A DNA stretch of 64,000 bases from Octopus sinensis (Eukaryota). A model generated the notes under the pieces. It was not told where the DNA came from and searched no databases. It saw only the letters and a program-made list of their open reading frames with translations. The DNA lies in the NCBI RefSeq assembly GCF_006345805.1, contig NC_043025.1, positions 10,664,001 to 10,728,000 on the forward strand. The letters are read 5' to 3'. Numbering within the stretch: position 1 is the stretch's first letter; each line of letters opens with the position of its first letter. Positions 13,878 through 29,034 of the stretch are shown here, one piece after another. The position numbers were made by a program, and so were the translations under genes.

Positions 13878-16800
13878 TATACATATATATATATACATAT
13901 ACATACATAGATAGATACATAAATTCATAATACATATATATACAAACATGATTGCATGCTTACATACATACATACAAACATGTGTGTATCTATGTATGCA
14001 AGCATGTATGTATGTATGTATGTATGTATGTATGTATGTATGTATGTATGTATGTATGTATGTATGAATATATGTATGTATATATATCTATGTATGTATA
14101 TATGTATGTATGTATGCATGCACTCATATATGTATATATGTATGTATATATGTGTGTCTGTATGTATGTATATATAAATGTATGTATGTATGAATCCATG
14201 TAAGTATGTATATATGTGTGTATGTATGTATATGTATGTATGTATATATGTATGTGTGTATATATGTATGTAAGTGTGTGTATGTGTGTGTTTGCATTTA
14301 TGTATGTATGTATGTATCTATGCATGCATGGATGCATGTATGTATGTATGCATGTATGTATATATGTATGTATTTACATACGTATGTATGTATGTATAGA
14401 CATACACACATACATACACACATAACACTTTCACACGTCCATATATAAACGCATTTGCGTACAAGACCGGAGAAAACTTTTCTCGAGAAAAAGAAAGATG
14501 TTTTTTAAACGCAATTTTTGGTGTTAAGGGAAACTACTCTAATAATACGCTAATTTGTACCTTTAGAGTTGTCTCCCTTAACACCAAAAATTGCGTTTAA
14601 AAAACATCTTTCTTTTTCTCGAGAAAAGTTTTCTCCGGTCTTGTACGCAAATGCGTTTATGTATGGACGTGTGATAGTGTTATGTGTGTATGTATGTGTG
14701 TATGTCTATACATACATACATACGAATGTACATACATACATATATACATACATACATACATACATGCATACATACAAACATACATACATACATGCATACA
14801 CACACATACACACACACTTACATACATATATACACACATACATTTATACATACATACATATACATACATACACACATATATACATACTTACATGGATTCA
14901 TACATACATACATTTATATATACATACATACAGACTCACATATATACATACATATATACATGGATGAGTGCATACATACATACATGCATACATACATACA
15001 TGCATATATGTATGTAAGTGTGTGTGTATGTGTGTGTTTGTATGTATGTAGGAATGTATGCATATATGCATGCATGAAAGCATATATGTATATATGTATG
15101 TATATATGTGTGTGTGTATGTATGTATGTATGCATGTATGTATAAAGTACCAATGTATGTATAAATGTCTGTATGTATGTATGTATGTATGAGTGTATGA
15201 CTATACATACATACATACGTATATTCCTTCATACATTCATGCATGTATGCATACATACATACATCCATCCATACATACATGCATACATACATACATACAT
15301 GCATACATACATAAATACATGAATACATACACACATACATACATACATGCATACATGCATACATACATACATACACCCACATGCACACACACTTACATAC
15401 ATATATACACACATACATATATACATACATACATATACATGCATGCATACACTCATACATACATACATACAAACATACATTTATACATACATACGTACTT
15501 TATACATACATGTATACATACATAAATACATACATACACACACATATATACATACATATATACATATATGCTTTCATGCATGCATACATACATACATTCC
15601 TACATACATACATACATACATACATACACACACATACACACACACACTTACATACATATATGCATGTAAGTATGTATACATGCATGCATGTATGTATGCA
15701 TGTATGTATGTATGCATGTATGCATTTATGTATGTATGCATGCATGTATGTATGTATGTATGAATGCATGCACTCATATATGTATATATGTATGTATATA
15801 TGTGTGTCTCTCTGTATGTATATATAAATGTATGTATGTATGAATGCGTGTAAGTATGTATATATGTGTGTATGTATGTATATGTATGTATGTATATGTG
15901 TATGTGTGTGATTGCATGTATGTATGTATGTATGTATGTATCTATGCATGCATGGATGCATGTATGTATATATGTATGTATGTACATTCGTATGTATGTA
16001 TGTATAGACATACACACATACATACACACATAACACTATCACACGTCCATACATAAACGCATTTGCGTACAAGACCGGAGAAAACTTTTCTCCAGAAAAA
16101 GAAAGATGTTTTTTAAACGCAATTTTTGGTGTTAAGGGAGACAACTCTAAAGGTACAAATTAGCGTATTATTAGAGTAGTTTCCCTTGACACCAAAAATT
16201 GCGTTTAAAAAACATCTTTCTTTTTCTCGAGAAAAGTTTTCTCCGGTCTTGTACGCAAATGCGCTTATGTATGGACGTGTGAAAGAGTTATGTGTGTATG
16301 TATGTGTGTACGTCTATACATAATTACATACGCATGTACATCCATACGTATATACATACATGCATACATACACACATACATACATACATACATACATACA
16401 TACATACATACATACATACATACATACATACACACATACATACATACATTCATATACATTCATGTATACATACATATATACATACATCCATGCATACATA
16501 CATACATGCATACATACATACAAACTTATATACAAACTTACATACATACATTCATACATACATACATACATGCATGCATGCATACATACATACATACATG
16601 CATACATGCATACATACATACATGCATACATACATGCATACATACATACATACATGCATACATACATACATGCATACATGCATACATACATGCATATACA
16701 TACATGCATACATACATACATGCATGCATACATACACACATACATACATACATATCTGCATACATGCATACATTCAGACATGCAGACATAGATACATGCA

Positions 16801-17649
16801 GACATACATACATACATACATACACACACATACATCATACATACATACATGCATACATACATACATACATACATACATACATACATACATGCATACATGC
16901 ATACATACATGCATACATACATACATACACACATACATTCATACATGCATACATGCATACATACATGCATACACACATACATACATACACACATACATTC
17001 ATACATGCATACATGCATACATACATACATATACAAATACATACATAAACACATGCATACATACATACATACATACATACATGCATGCATATACATACAT
17101 GCATACATACATACATGCATGCATACATACACACATACATACATATATACATATCTGCATACATGCATACATTCAGACATGCAGACATAGATACATGCAG
17201 ACATACATACATGCATACATACATACATGCATACATACATACATACATACCTACGTGCATACATACATACATATATACATACATACATACATACCTACGT
17301 GCATACATACATACATACATACATACATACATACATGCATGCATACATACATACATACATACATACATACATACATACATACATACACATACATGCATAC
17401 ATACATACATACATACATACATACATACATGCATACATGCATACATACATACATGCATACATACATGCATACATACATACATACATGCATACATACATAC
17501 ATGCATACATGCATACATACATGCATATACATACATGCATACATACATACATGCATGCATACATACACACATACATACATACATACATATCTGCATACAT
17601 GCATACATTCAGACATGCAGACATAGATACATGCAGACATACATACATG

Positions 17650-17680
<31 letters not shown>

Positions 17681-18904
17681 TCATGCATGCATGCATACAT
17701 ACATACATATATACATACATACATACACACACATACATACATACATATATACATACATACATACACACACATACATACATACTTACATACATTCATACAT
17801 TCATACATACATACATACATACATGCATACATGCATACATACATACATATATACATAAATACATACATACATACATATATACATAATACATACATACATA
17901 CATACATACATACATACATACATGCATACATACATATATACATACATACATACATATACAAATACATACATATACACATGCATGCATACATGCATACACC
18001 CACATGCACACACACTTACATACATATATACACACATACATATATACATACATACATATACATGCATGCATACACTCATACATACATACATACATACATT
18101 TATACATACATACGTACTTTATACATACATGTATACATACATACATACATACTTACACACACACATATATACATACATATATACATATATGCTTTCATGC
18201 AAGCATACATACATGCACACACATACACACACACACTTACATACATATATGCATGTAAGTATGTATGCATGCATGCATGCATGTATGTATGTATATATGC
18301 ATGCATGCACTCATATATGTATATATGTATGTATATATGTGAGTCTGTATGTATGTATATATAAATGTATGTATGTATGAATGCGTGTAAGTATGTATAT
18401 ATGTGTGTATGTATGTATATGTATGTATGTATATATGTATGTGTGTATATATGTATGTAAGTGTGTGTGTATGTGTGTGTATGCATGTATGTATGTATGT
18501 ATGTATGCATGTATGTATATACGTATGGATGTACATACGTATGTAATTATGTATAGACGTACACACATACATACACACATAACACTTTCACACGTCCATA
18601 TATAAACGCATTTGCGTACAAGACCGGAGAAAACTTTTCTCGAGAAAAAGAAAGATGTTTTTTAAACGCAATTTTTGGTGTTAAGGGAAACTACTCTAAT
18701 AATACGCTAATTTGTACCTTTAGAGTTGTCTCCCTTAACACCAAAAATTGCGTTTAAAAAACATCTTTCTTTTTCTCGAGAAAAGTTTTCTCCGGTCTTG
18801 TACGCAAATGCGTTTATGTATGGACGTGTGATAGTGTTATGTATGTATGTATGTGTGTATGTCTATACATACATACATATGTATATTCCTTCATACATAC
18901 ATAC

Positions 18905-18935
<31 letters not shown>

Positions 18936-19217
18936 CATACATACATACATACATACATACATCCATATATTCATGCATGCATGCATACATACATACATAT
19001 ATACATACATACATACACACACATACATACATACATATATACATACATACATACACACACATACATACATACTTACATACATTCATACATTCATACATAC
19101 ATACATACATACATGCATACATACATACATACATACATGCATACATACATACATACATATATACATGCATGCATACATGCATACATACATACATACATAC
19201 ATACATACATACATACG

Positions 19218-19250
<33 letters not shown>

Positions 19251-19956
19251 TCATACATACAAATATGCGTGCATACATACATACCTTCTTTCATACATAC
19301 ATACATACATATATACATACATACATATATACATACATACATACATTCATACATACATATATGCATACATACATATATACATACATACATACATGCATAC
19401 TTTCATACATACATACATACATACATACATACATACATACATACATACATACATACATACATACATACATACATACATACATGCTTAAGTCGTTTACATC
19501 TACATCAGTTGATTCTTGTTTTATCGATCCAAAAAGGATTAAAAAGGTGGTCTAGAAAATCGAAGTGGAATGCTCAACGAGTACCTGTTGAGGGCTTCAG
19601 GTTTCCTAATCTCCCACATATACACAGTCATATCTGACTGTTTCTTTACTCACCGCAAAGAAAATGGTACGGCAGCGTCGATGAGAAACGGAGGCACAGT
19701 GTTGATAGAGAAGGAGAAAGGTAATCAGAAGGGAAGTCCGCAGTTACAGGACCTATTCCTTGTTGACCACTTCTCTTGACATTATTAACTGACCCTTATT
19801 GAAGATGAATTATACCTGTTTTTGTCTTTTGTTTTTGGAAAAGGATAATTCAGTAGCAGAGGAGCAAGTTGGATGGAGAAAAGAATCAAAGATATGTGGT
19901 TCAGCATGTATGTATGTATGTATGTGTGTATGTATATATGTATGTATGTATGTATG

Positions 19957-19987
<31 letters not shown>

Positions 19988-20545
19988 ATATGTCTGTGTG
20001 TATGCATGTATGTATGTATGTATGTATGTATGTATGTATGTATGCATATATGTATGTATGTATGTATGTATGCCAGTATGCATGTATGTATGTATGTATG
20101 TATGCATGTATGCATGCATGCATGCATGTATGTATGTATGTATGTATGTATTTATGTATGTATGTATGTATGTATGTATGCATGTATGTATATATGTATG
20201 TATGTACATACGTATGTATGTATGTATGTATGTATGCATGTATGTATGTATGTATGTATGCATGTATGTATGTATGTATGTATGTTTGTATGTATGTGTG
20301 TATGTATGTATGTGTGCATGTATGTATGTATGTATGTATGTATGTATGTATGTATGCATGTATGTATATATGTATGTATGTACATACGTATGTATGTATA
20401 GATATACACACACACATACGTACATAACACTTTCACACGTCCATATATAAACGCATTTGCGTACAAGACCGGAGAAATTTTTTCTCGAGAAAAAGAAAGA
20501 TGTTTTTTAAACGCAATTTTAGTGTTAAGGGAAATTACTCTATTG
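11700..20545. repeat. Fold-back array: ~130-bp arm repeated in alternating orientation around 50-bp spacers, separated by long (CATA)n/(TATG)n tracts
   Basis: Arm TTAACACCAAAAATTGCGTTTAAAAAACATC...GGACGTGTGA. Spacers at 11700, 14528, 16136, 18685 and a partial one at 20529. Confidence 0.9.
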
Positions 20546-21480
20546 GTACAGAATACATGTGAAGCCAACTTAAAAATTTTCAACTGAAAACTTAACTGAA
20601 AATTCTTCCTTCTCAGAAACGACAAAGCACTTTTTTTTTCCTTAGTCACAATTCTGACATAACTTATGGAATGACTTGATAGATAAATTATTATAAATCT
20701 TATCTAAATATTTACATCGTTTAGGTTTTCAAAAATTTAGTGTAATTCTTAACACAATTGACGAAGTCACTGTCTTTCTAGGCAGTATTTGAAATTATGG
20801 AAGCACTCCGTCGGTTACGACGACGAGGGTTCCGGTTGATCCGATAAACGGAACAGCCTGCTCGTGAAATTAACGTGTAAGTGGCTGAGCACTCCACATA
20901 CACGTGCACCCTTTACGTAATTCTCGGGGATATTCAGCGTGACACAGAGAGTGACAAGGCCGGCCCTTAGAAATACAGGTACAACAGAAACAGGAAGTAA
21001 GAGTGAGAGAAAGTTGTGGTGAAAGAGTACAGCAGGGATCACCACCATCCCCTGCCGGAGCCTCGTGGAACTTTTAGGTGTTTTCGCTCAATAAACACTC
21101 ACAACGCCCGGTCTGGGAATCGAAACCGCGATCCTATGACCGCGAGTCCGCTTCCCTAACCACTGGGCCATTGCGCCACCACATTTGAAATTAAACTGCA
21201 GTGTTACAGTATTTCATTTCAAAAGACAAAGCGATAATAATAAGCTAGATTTATTTCTTTATTGAGAAAACTGGAAGATTTCAGTGGTAAAAGAAAATTA
21301 GAAGAAAGAAGGAAAATGTTCAGTTTTGCTTATTCAAGAAATGGCCAGACACTGAAACTTGTTCAAATTACATAATTTTGGGTTTTGGTCTTTCGGTTGC
21401 AGAATGTTTTATTTACAAGAAACATATTTAATGTTTGCATTATTAAATCTCAGAACGAGATATAAACAGTAATCGCTCGA

Positions 21481-21743
21481 TAATGTAAGGTATAGAAGCC
21501 ATCTTAATATGGCTAACCACATAGTGGAGGGGGTGTTACTGTAGCTCTATAGCCCCAGGAGATCGTCGTCTCCAGCTGGCTTTAGACACCATTTTCAGTG
21601 CCCTTTGCAAATACTTCAAGGGCACTGAAATGGTGTCTAAAGCCAGCTGGAGACGACGACCTCCTGGGGCTATAGAGCTACAGTAACACCCCCTCCACTA
21701 TATGTGGTTAGCCATATTAAGATGGCTTCTATACCTTACATTA
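21481..21743. repeat. 263-bp fold-back (arms ~125 bp, loop ~12 bp)
   Basis: TAATGTAAGGTATAGAAGCC... / ...GGCTTCTATACCTTACATTA. The arm contains a repeat motif also seen at ~12230 and 55080-55850. Confidence 0.92.
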
Positions 21744-21832
21744 TTTAATGTTTTATATATAGAAAAATATATTATGACGAAAAATATAATCAAAGATGAT
21801 TTTTGGAGACACTCTTTATGTTCAATCTTCGT

Positions 21833-21885
21833 TTATAACTTTTTTTCTGCTGTTTTGTCTTCTGTCTCATTACCAGACCTTTTAT
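21833..21885 (-). CDS. Candidate next exon of the aGPCR: terminal exon NKRSGNETEDKTAEKKL* or a 12-nt microexon (21885-21874)
   Basis: Strong acceptor TTTTCTCTTTTATGCTTCCAG with compatible phase 1 and an internal G|GTAATG donor. No homology support. Confidence 0.4.
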
Positions 21886-22604
21886 CTGGAAGCATAAAAG
21901 AGAAAACGACGTAAAATATAGATATGCATATATATACATAAGGAAGGAAGGAAGCACTCCGTCGGTTACGACAACGAGGGTTCCGGTTGATCCGATCAAC
22001 GGAACAGCCTACTCGTGAAATTAACGTGTAAGTGGCTGAGCACTCCACAGACACGTGTACCCTTAACGTAGTTCTCGGGGATATTCAGCGTGACACAGAG
22101 AGTGACAAGGCCGGCCCTTTGAAATACAGGTACAACAGAAACAGGAAGTAAGAGTGAGAGAAAGTTGTGGTGAAAGAGTACAGCAGGGATCACCACCATC
22201 CCCTGCCGGAGCCTCGTGGAGCTTTAGGTGTTTTCGCTCAATAAACACTCACAACGCCCGGTCTGGGAATCGAAACCGCGATCCTATGACCGCGAGTCCG
22301 CTGCCCTAACCACTGGGCCATTGCGCCTCCACTATTTATACATACACCTATAGATATACACATATATACATATACCATTCCAATATTACATCTTATAATC
22401 GAAAGATGAAGTATCCAATACTTAATATATTGCTTATATTTAATTGCTTTTGTCCCGATAAAGTTCCATAAAACTATAATTCTTAGATGACTTTGGTGTC
22501 CTGGCTCCAGGCTCTTGCTTGATGCGGCTAGAATTATTACAAGCTAGTGTTCCCAGTGGCGTAAAGCCGACTAGGTCCACCGCTACTCTCCATCGCTAGC
22601 GGTC

Positions 22605-23296
22605 TCATGATAGCCTCTCTCATCCTGGTCCCGAGCCCGCCTCTCTGCATCCTGGTCTTGTTCCAACCTCACTGCAACCTGGTCCCATGACAGCCTCTCT
22701 GCGTCCTAGCACTATCCCAGCCTCTCTGCATTCTGGCCCCATGCCAGCCTTTCTGCATCCTGGTCCCATATCAATCTCTCTGCATCCTAGCCCCATGCCA
22801 GCCTTTCTACATCCTGGTCCCATAAAAACCTCTCTGCATCCTGGTCCCATATCAACCTCTCTGCATCCTGGTCCCGTGCCAGCATCTCTGCATCCTGGTC
22901 CCATAAAAACCTCTCTGCATCCTGGCCCCATGCCAGCCTCTCTGCATCCTGGTCCCATATCAACCTCTCTGCATCCTGGTCCCATACCAACCTCTCTGCA
23001 TCCTGGCCCCATATCAACCTCTCTGCATCCTGGTCCCATATCAACCTCTCGGCATCCTGGTCTCATATCAACCTCTCTGCATCCTGGTCCCATACCAACC
23101 TCTCTGCATCCTGGCCCCATATCAACCTCTCTGCATCCTGGTCTCATATCAACCTCTCTGCATCCTGGTCCCATACCAACCTCTCTGCATCCTGGCCCCG
23201 TGCCAGTCTCTCAGCATCCGGGCCCATATCAATCTCTCTGCATCCTGGCCCCATGCCAGCATCTCTGCATACTGGTCCCATATCAACCTCTCTGCA
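22605..23296. repeat. 27-bp minisatellite, about 25 units
   Basis: Unit ATCAACCTCTCTGCATCCTGGTCCCAT; it explains the ISTSLHPGP and MGPGCREVD ORFs. Confidence 0.92.
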
Positions 23297-23909
23297 TGTA
23301 TGTATGTGTGTATGTATGTATATATATGTATGTATGTATGTATGTACGTATGTATGTATAGACATACACACATACATACACACATAACACTATCACACGG
23401 CCAAACATAAACGCATATATATATATACATATATACAACAGGCTTCTTTCAGTTTCCGTCTACCAAATCCACTCACAAGGCATTGGTCGGCCCGAGGCTA
23501 TAGCAGAAGACACTAGGCCAAGATGCCACGCAGTGGGACTGAACCCGTGCCAGCCTCTCTGCATCCTGGTCCCGTGGAACACTGGAAGAAATGTATCGAA
23601 AAGCAAGAGGACTATGTTTGAAAATGGTGTAATTGTTCAAATCCCTGCTTTTGTTTTAGCAAATTACGGGAACAAGATTGGGTATAATTATCGACTTAAC
23701 CTAGTAAACATATACAAGCACGCACACACACATATCAGAACAACAGTTTGACATTACTGACACATAATATACGTGTAACGGCAACCAAATGTGTGTTGAG
23801 TGTTACTTTTTTTCATCTGTACACATAGTCCTACGTCTATGGGATGTATTTATACATCTATGCATTGTATGTATGTATATATATCTACATAATATATATA
23901 TATATTATA

Positions 23910-23952
<43 letters not shown>

Positions 23953-23959
23953 TTATAAT

Positions 23960-24040
<81 letters not shown>

Positions 24041-24967
24041 CATATATATATATATATCTATATGTATATATATATACTATATATATCATATATATATATT
24101 ATATATATTATATATATTATTATATATATATATTATTATAATATATATAATTCCTCTTTTACTCTTTTACATGTTTCAGTCATTTTGACTGCGGCCATGC
24201 TGGAGCACCGCCTTTAGTCGAGCAAAGCGACCCCGGGACTTCTTATTTTTGAAGCCCAGTACTTATTCTATCGGTCTCTTTTGCCGAACCGCTAAGGACG
24301 GGGGGACGTAAAACAAACCAGCATCGTTGTCAAGCAATGCTAGGGGAACAAACACAGCAGACACACAAACACACAACATACATACATCTTATATATATAT
24401 ATACATATATACGACAGGCTTCTTTCAGTTTCCGTCTACCAAATCCACTCACAAGGCATTGGTCGGCCCGGGGCTATAGCAGAAGACACTTGCTCAAGAT
24501 ACCACGCAGTGGGTCTGAACCCGGGACCATGTGGTTAGTTAGCAAGCTACTTACCACACAGCCACATACAGAATATATCTGTTGCTGTTGAGCGAACGGT
24601 CTTCGTCCCAGAGCTCGCAAGATGGGAGAAGTCCGAAACATGGTCCTTTGCTATTCGTAAGACCCGCAGAAGAGAAAGCAGGTCAACCCCCGACACCGAG
24701 AGCATCAACGGATGGATGAATGCGCATCCAGGCTCAGCGGTTTCGTAGGAAGTCGGGGACAAGAAACAGGAAGAAAGAGTGAGAGAAAGTTGGGGCGAAA
24801 GAGTAGAACAGGGGTCGCCAGCAACCCCTGCCGGAGCCTCGTGGAGCTTTAGGTGTTTTCGTTCGATAAACACACACGACGCCCGGTCTGGGAATCGAAA
24901 CCGCGATCTTCCGACCACGAAACCGCTGCCCTAACCACTGGGCCATTGCGCCTCCACACTGCTGCTA

Positions 24968-25260
24968 CTGACTACGTCGACGACGACGACGACGATGATG
25001 ATGACGATGACGATGACGATGATGATGATGAGGAGGAGGATGATGATGGTGACGATGATGATGATGACGATGATGATGACGATGATGACGATGATGATGA
25101 TGATGATGACGATGATGGCGATGATGACGATGATGATGATGACGATGACGATGATGATGATGATGATGATGATGACGATGACGATGATGATGACGATGAT
25201 GATGATGATGATGACGATGATGATGATGACGATGATGATGATGACGATGATGATGATGAT
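24968..25260. repeat. (GAT/GAC)n trinucleotide microsatellite in the intron after the TM7 exon
   Basis: Direct reading. Confidence 0.95.
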
Positions 25261-25432
25261 GGAGGCGACAACGGTTTTGATATTTTTAGATGACGTCTAT
25301 CTGTAAAAAGTGACAAGGTTGTTGGAGATGATGTTTGTGATGATCCGCCCCCGTTCCGGCCGTGACAATATCGTAGCGAATTTTGATGGCGGAATAAATA
25401 AATAAAGAAAAACAAAAACAAATCCCACTTAC

Positions 25433-25812
25433 TTCTGCCGGTGGGAAGTGGCGCCCTCTTTCGTGTAGTTACATAGTTTATGATGACGTCTCTGGTATCT
25501 TTCTTGTATATACAATAGAATACGAAGATAAACATTCCTTGAAGGGTGTTGAAGATAGCAAAAAGGTATTTAAACACTTCTGCTGCTTCGCCAACAGCGA
25601 AGAATGCTAAGACCCAGGTGAGTCCCAGAAAGAAAAAGAGACCAACGATGCCAAAAACACGCACTTTTCTTCTTTTGTGTCCAAATTTCTTACTCTTTTG
25701 CATTGAGATAAGGCGCCAGATAATGAGAGAGAATATGGTAAGGTTTAAGATGAGAATTGCCGCCACAGGAGCCAAGAAAGTAGCATGGAAATACGTCTCG
25801 GATAGCCAACAG
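25433..25812 (-). CDS. aGPCR TM5-TM7 and helix 8 exon ([16 protein letters not shown]...[23 protein letters not shown]...PTGR)
   Basis: Acceptor TTTCTTTGTAG, donor GTAAGT; 380 nt, phase 2 to 1. Confidence 0.96.
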
Positions 25813-26205
25813 CTACAAAGAAATAGGAAAAGGCAATGAAGGAAACTGATTTGTCAAATGTTCAGGCAGTGAAATGAAGTGTCACAATGGACGGATATTA
25901 AGGTGAAGCGATTTTGATCTCAAACGAAACGAAAAGACATTTTCTTACTTACAATTAATAATGTGGTTGTATGCTGTCAATTTAACGTGACAGTAAGGGA
26001 ATTACACCACCGCTGTTTAGCCCTAGGAAGCATCGACGCTTCCTTTCGGCTTCGACACATTTCCTGCGTCCTTATGTATTAATAATGTACATTTAGGAAA
26101 AAAACTATTTTTGGTGAGTCTTTCGATAGCTAGACTCTCAGAAACAACACACACACACACGCGCACACAAACAAACACAAACACACATAGGGGAACAAAC
26201 ACAAA

Positions 26206-26257
<52 letters not shown>

Positions 26258-28991
26258 CGACGGGCTTCTTTCAGTTTCCATCTACCAAATCCACTCACAA
26301 GGCTTTGGTCGGCCCGAGACTATAGTAGAAGACACTTGGCCAAGATGCCACGGAGTGGGACTGAACCCGGAACCATGTGGTTGGTAAACAAGCTACTTAT
26401 CACACAGCCACTCCTGCGACTATCACTAAATTCAGATTTATGGATGCAATATGAGAACCTCCATATCAGTTTGACTCGGCACATCATGGCACTAGGGTGC
26501 CAACAAATACCTTATTAATGTTTAATCCCTAAGACTAGTGGGGCTCTCTACAGTTTTTCCTTTATGTGGCGAACGAAATGAGGTGAACGAAATGATGTGA
26601 ACGAAGCAGAAAAATACTTACACCTGTCCAATTCTAACGTAATTGTCTGTGTAGTTAATTACCAGAGTAATTAGAACAATGACAGCTGGAAGACCTGACA
26701 ACGATATTTACAGAAATCAATATAAATTTGTAGATATTAATCTATATTTAAAATCATAATTATGTGATATTTGAATCGATTTTGTTGACTATGTTTTTGT
26801 TCAGAAAAACTGTCTAGTTCAGAAGAAATCAATATTTTATTTCATATCACAAACTAATCACTTCTTGTCATGACATACATCATCTCGAAAGAATCCAGAA
26901 GCTGGCTACCCGTATGGTTCTTGATCTCAAGCATTTGTCTTATGAGGAAAGGCTGAAGACGCTCGAGCTTTATTCTCTAGAAAAACGTCGCCGCCGTGGT
27001 GATCTCATTCTCGCTCACAACATCATAAGCGGAAAGTGTAACCTCTCGAAAGAGCTGTTCTTCACTCCTGCTCCAGAGCGTGGGCTTCGGGGTCACTCCG
27101 AAAAGCTCTATCTACGACGATTTCACCCCAATCGAAGGAGAGGGGCTTCCTCTGTCCGGGTTGCGGATCCGTGGAATAAGCTGCCGGACGAGATAGTGAA
27201 GATGCCGACGACCGCTCGGTTCTCTTGACCAGAAATGGCCTGAACTCTTTGTATGACCACCCTCCTTGTTCATAACTCCATGTCCCCCTACATGGCCTTG
27301 CTTTTGGCTTTTTGAGCCAATACTCTTTTTACTCTTTTACTCTTTTACTTGTTTCAGTCATTTGACTGCGGCCATGCTGGAGCACCGCCTTTAGTCGAGC
27401 AAATCGACCCCGGGACCTATTTTTTGTAAGCCCAGTACTTATTCTATCGGTCTGTTTTGCCGAACCGCTAAGTAACGGGGACGTAAGCACACCAGCATCG
27501 GTTGTCAAGCAATGCTAGGGGGACAAACACAGACACACAACATATACACACATACACACACACACACCACATATATATATATATAATATATTATATATAT
27601 AATATATATATATATATATATGGATGGGCTCTTTCAGTTTCCGTCTACCAAATCCACTCACAAGGCATTGTTCAGCCTGGGCTATAGCAGAAGACACTTG
27701 CCCAAGATGCCACGCAGTGGGACTGAACTCGGAACCATGTGGTTGGTAGCAAACTACTTACCACACAGCCACTCCTGCGCCTATATATATGTATACATAT
27801 ATACGACAGGTTTCTTTCAGTTTCCGTCTACCAATCAACTCACAAGGCATATGGTCGGCCCGGGGGCTATAGCAGAAGACACTTGCCCAAGATGCCCACG
27901 CAGGGGGACTGACCCGGAACCATGTGGTTGGTTAGCAAGCTACTTACCACACAGCCACTCCTGCGCCAATAAAAATTAAATTAAATTAAATTAAATTAAA
28001 TTTGCTCCTTTGGATTCTTGAAAATAGGTACCAGTAATATACGTTTTAGATTCTTTCAACAATATGTTTCAAAGGGAAACAAAACGTAATAAAATCTGAA
28101 AGTTCTGGACAACGGTCTGAAGATTAAAATACATGGAGGACAGCAAAAATCCACTATCACCAACATATTACTTGGTGTGTTTGGTGAAAGTGCAAAAAAG
28201 GAAATATCAGCCAAGAATGTTTAACATCAGATGTAAGTCCACTAAATCTCTCAGTCTATGTTGTCACTGGTTTCTCTCGATTTTTCTTCAATATCTCACT
28301 CCACTTTCAACTTACGATATTTACTCAGCCATCACAACCTGGACATTTACGTACGTTACACAATAATACTACAATATTTCAACTGTCATGAGTTTAATCC
28401 GTTCTCAAAAGAGGCCTAAGTTTCTATGCTTTCTTCGATGTGGTAGAAATTGTAGCCAAATTTCTTTAGATCCCATTCTACAGTTTCGAAAACTGAAAGA
28501 ACAAAACGGATAATGTAATGTTTGATACATTGACGAGATAGTCGTAGAACATTTTCAAGTATATGTCTGCTTAATCAGTTTTAAAGTAGCACTCGAGCAC
28601 AACAATAGGTAAGGGATGTTTTCACTCAGGGTTCAACGCTTCTAGATTTTACTGTGAGTCAGATTTGTAATCTAGATTGAAGATGTTTAAAGCAATGGGA
28701 CTGAGAACATAGGACACTGTGCTAGATGTGATTGTCGATTCTCTTTGTAAAATCAGATGAGAATAATACAGACCAATGCCTTTCAAACTTTTTGCTGGAG
28801 CGGAACCCCAAGGAAGCATTCCACTGGCTCGAGGAACCCCTGTGTAATAATTTAATAGTCTTATGCACACATATCTGCACAGGAGAATTAAAAATTACTG
28901 CCGATTTTAGCAGTTTTGTAACTTCTTGCGGAACCCCTGGACTGTGCTGGCGGAACCCTGGTTGAAAACCACTGATATATATATATATGTA

Positions 28992-29034
<43 letters not shown>

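Noticed and set aside
13639-20450. Dozens of long HTYI/MYVC/YIYI ORFs (up to 444 aa)
   Set aside because: They are translations of (CATA)n, (TATG)n and (TA)n microsatellites, open in many frames on both strands.
22620-23361. 184-aa and 224-aa 9-mer repeat ORFs
   Set aside because: They follow trivially from a stop-free 27-bp unit, run into microsatellite, and show no splice or start context.
24853-25306. Poly-Asp, poly-Met and poly-Ser ORFs
   Set aside because: (GAT/GAC)n microsatellite. The poly-Ser tail on the 24972-25775 ORF is intron read-through past the GTAAGT donor at 25432.
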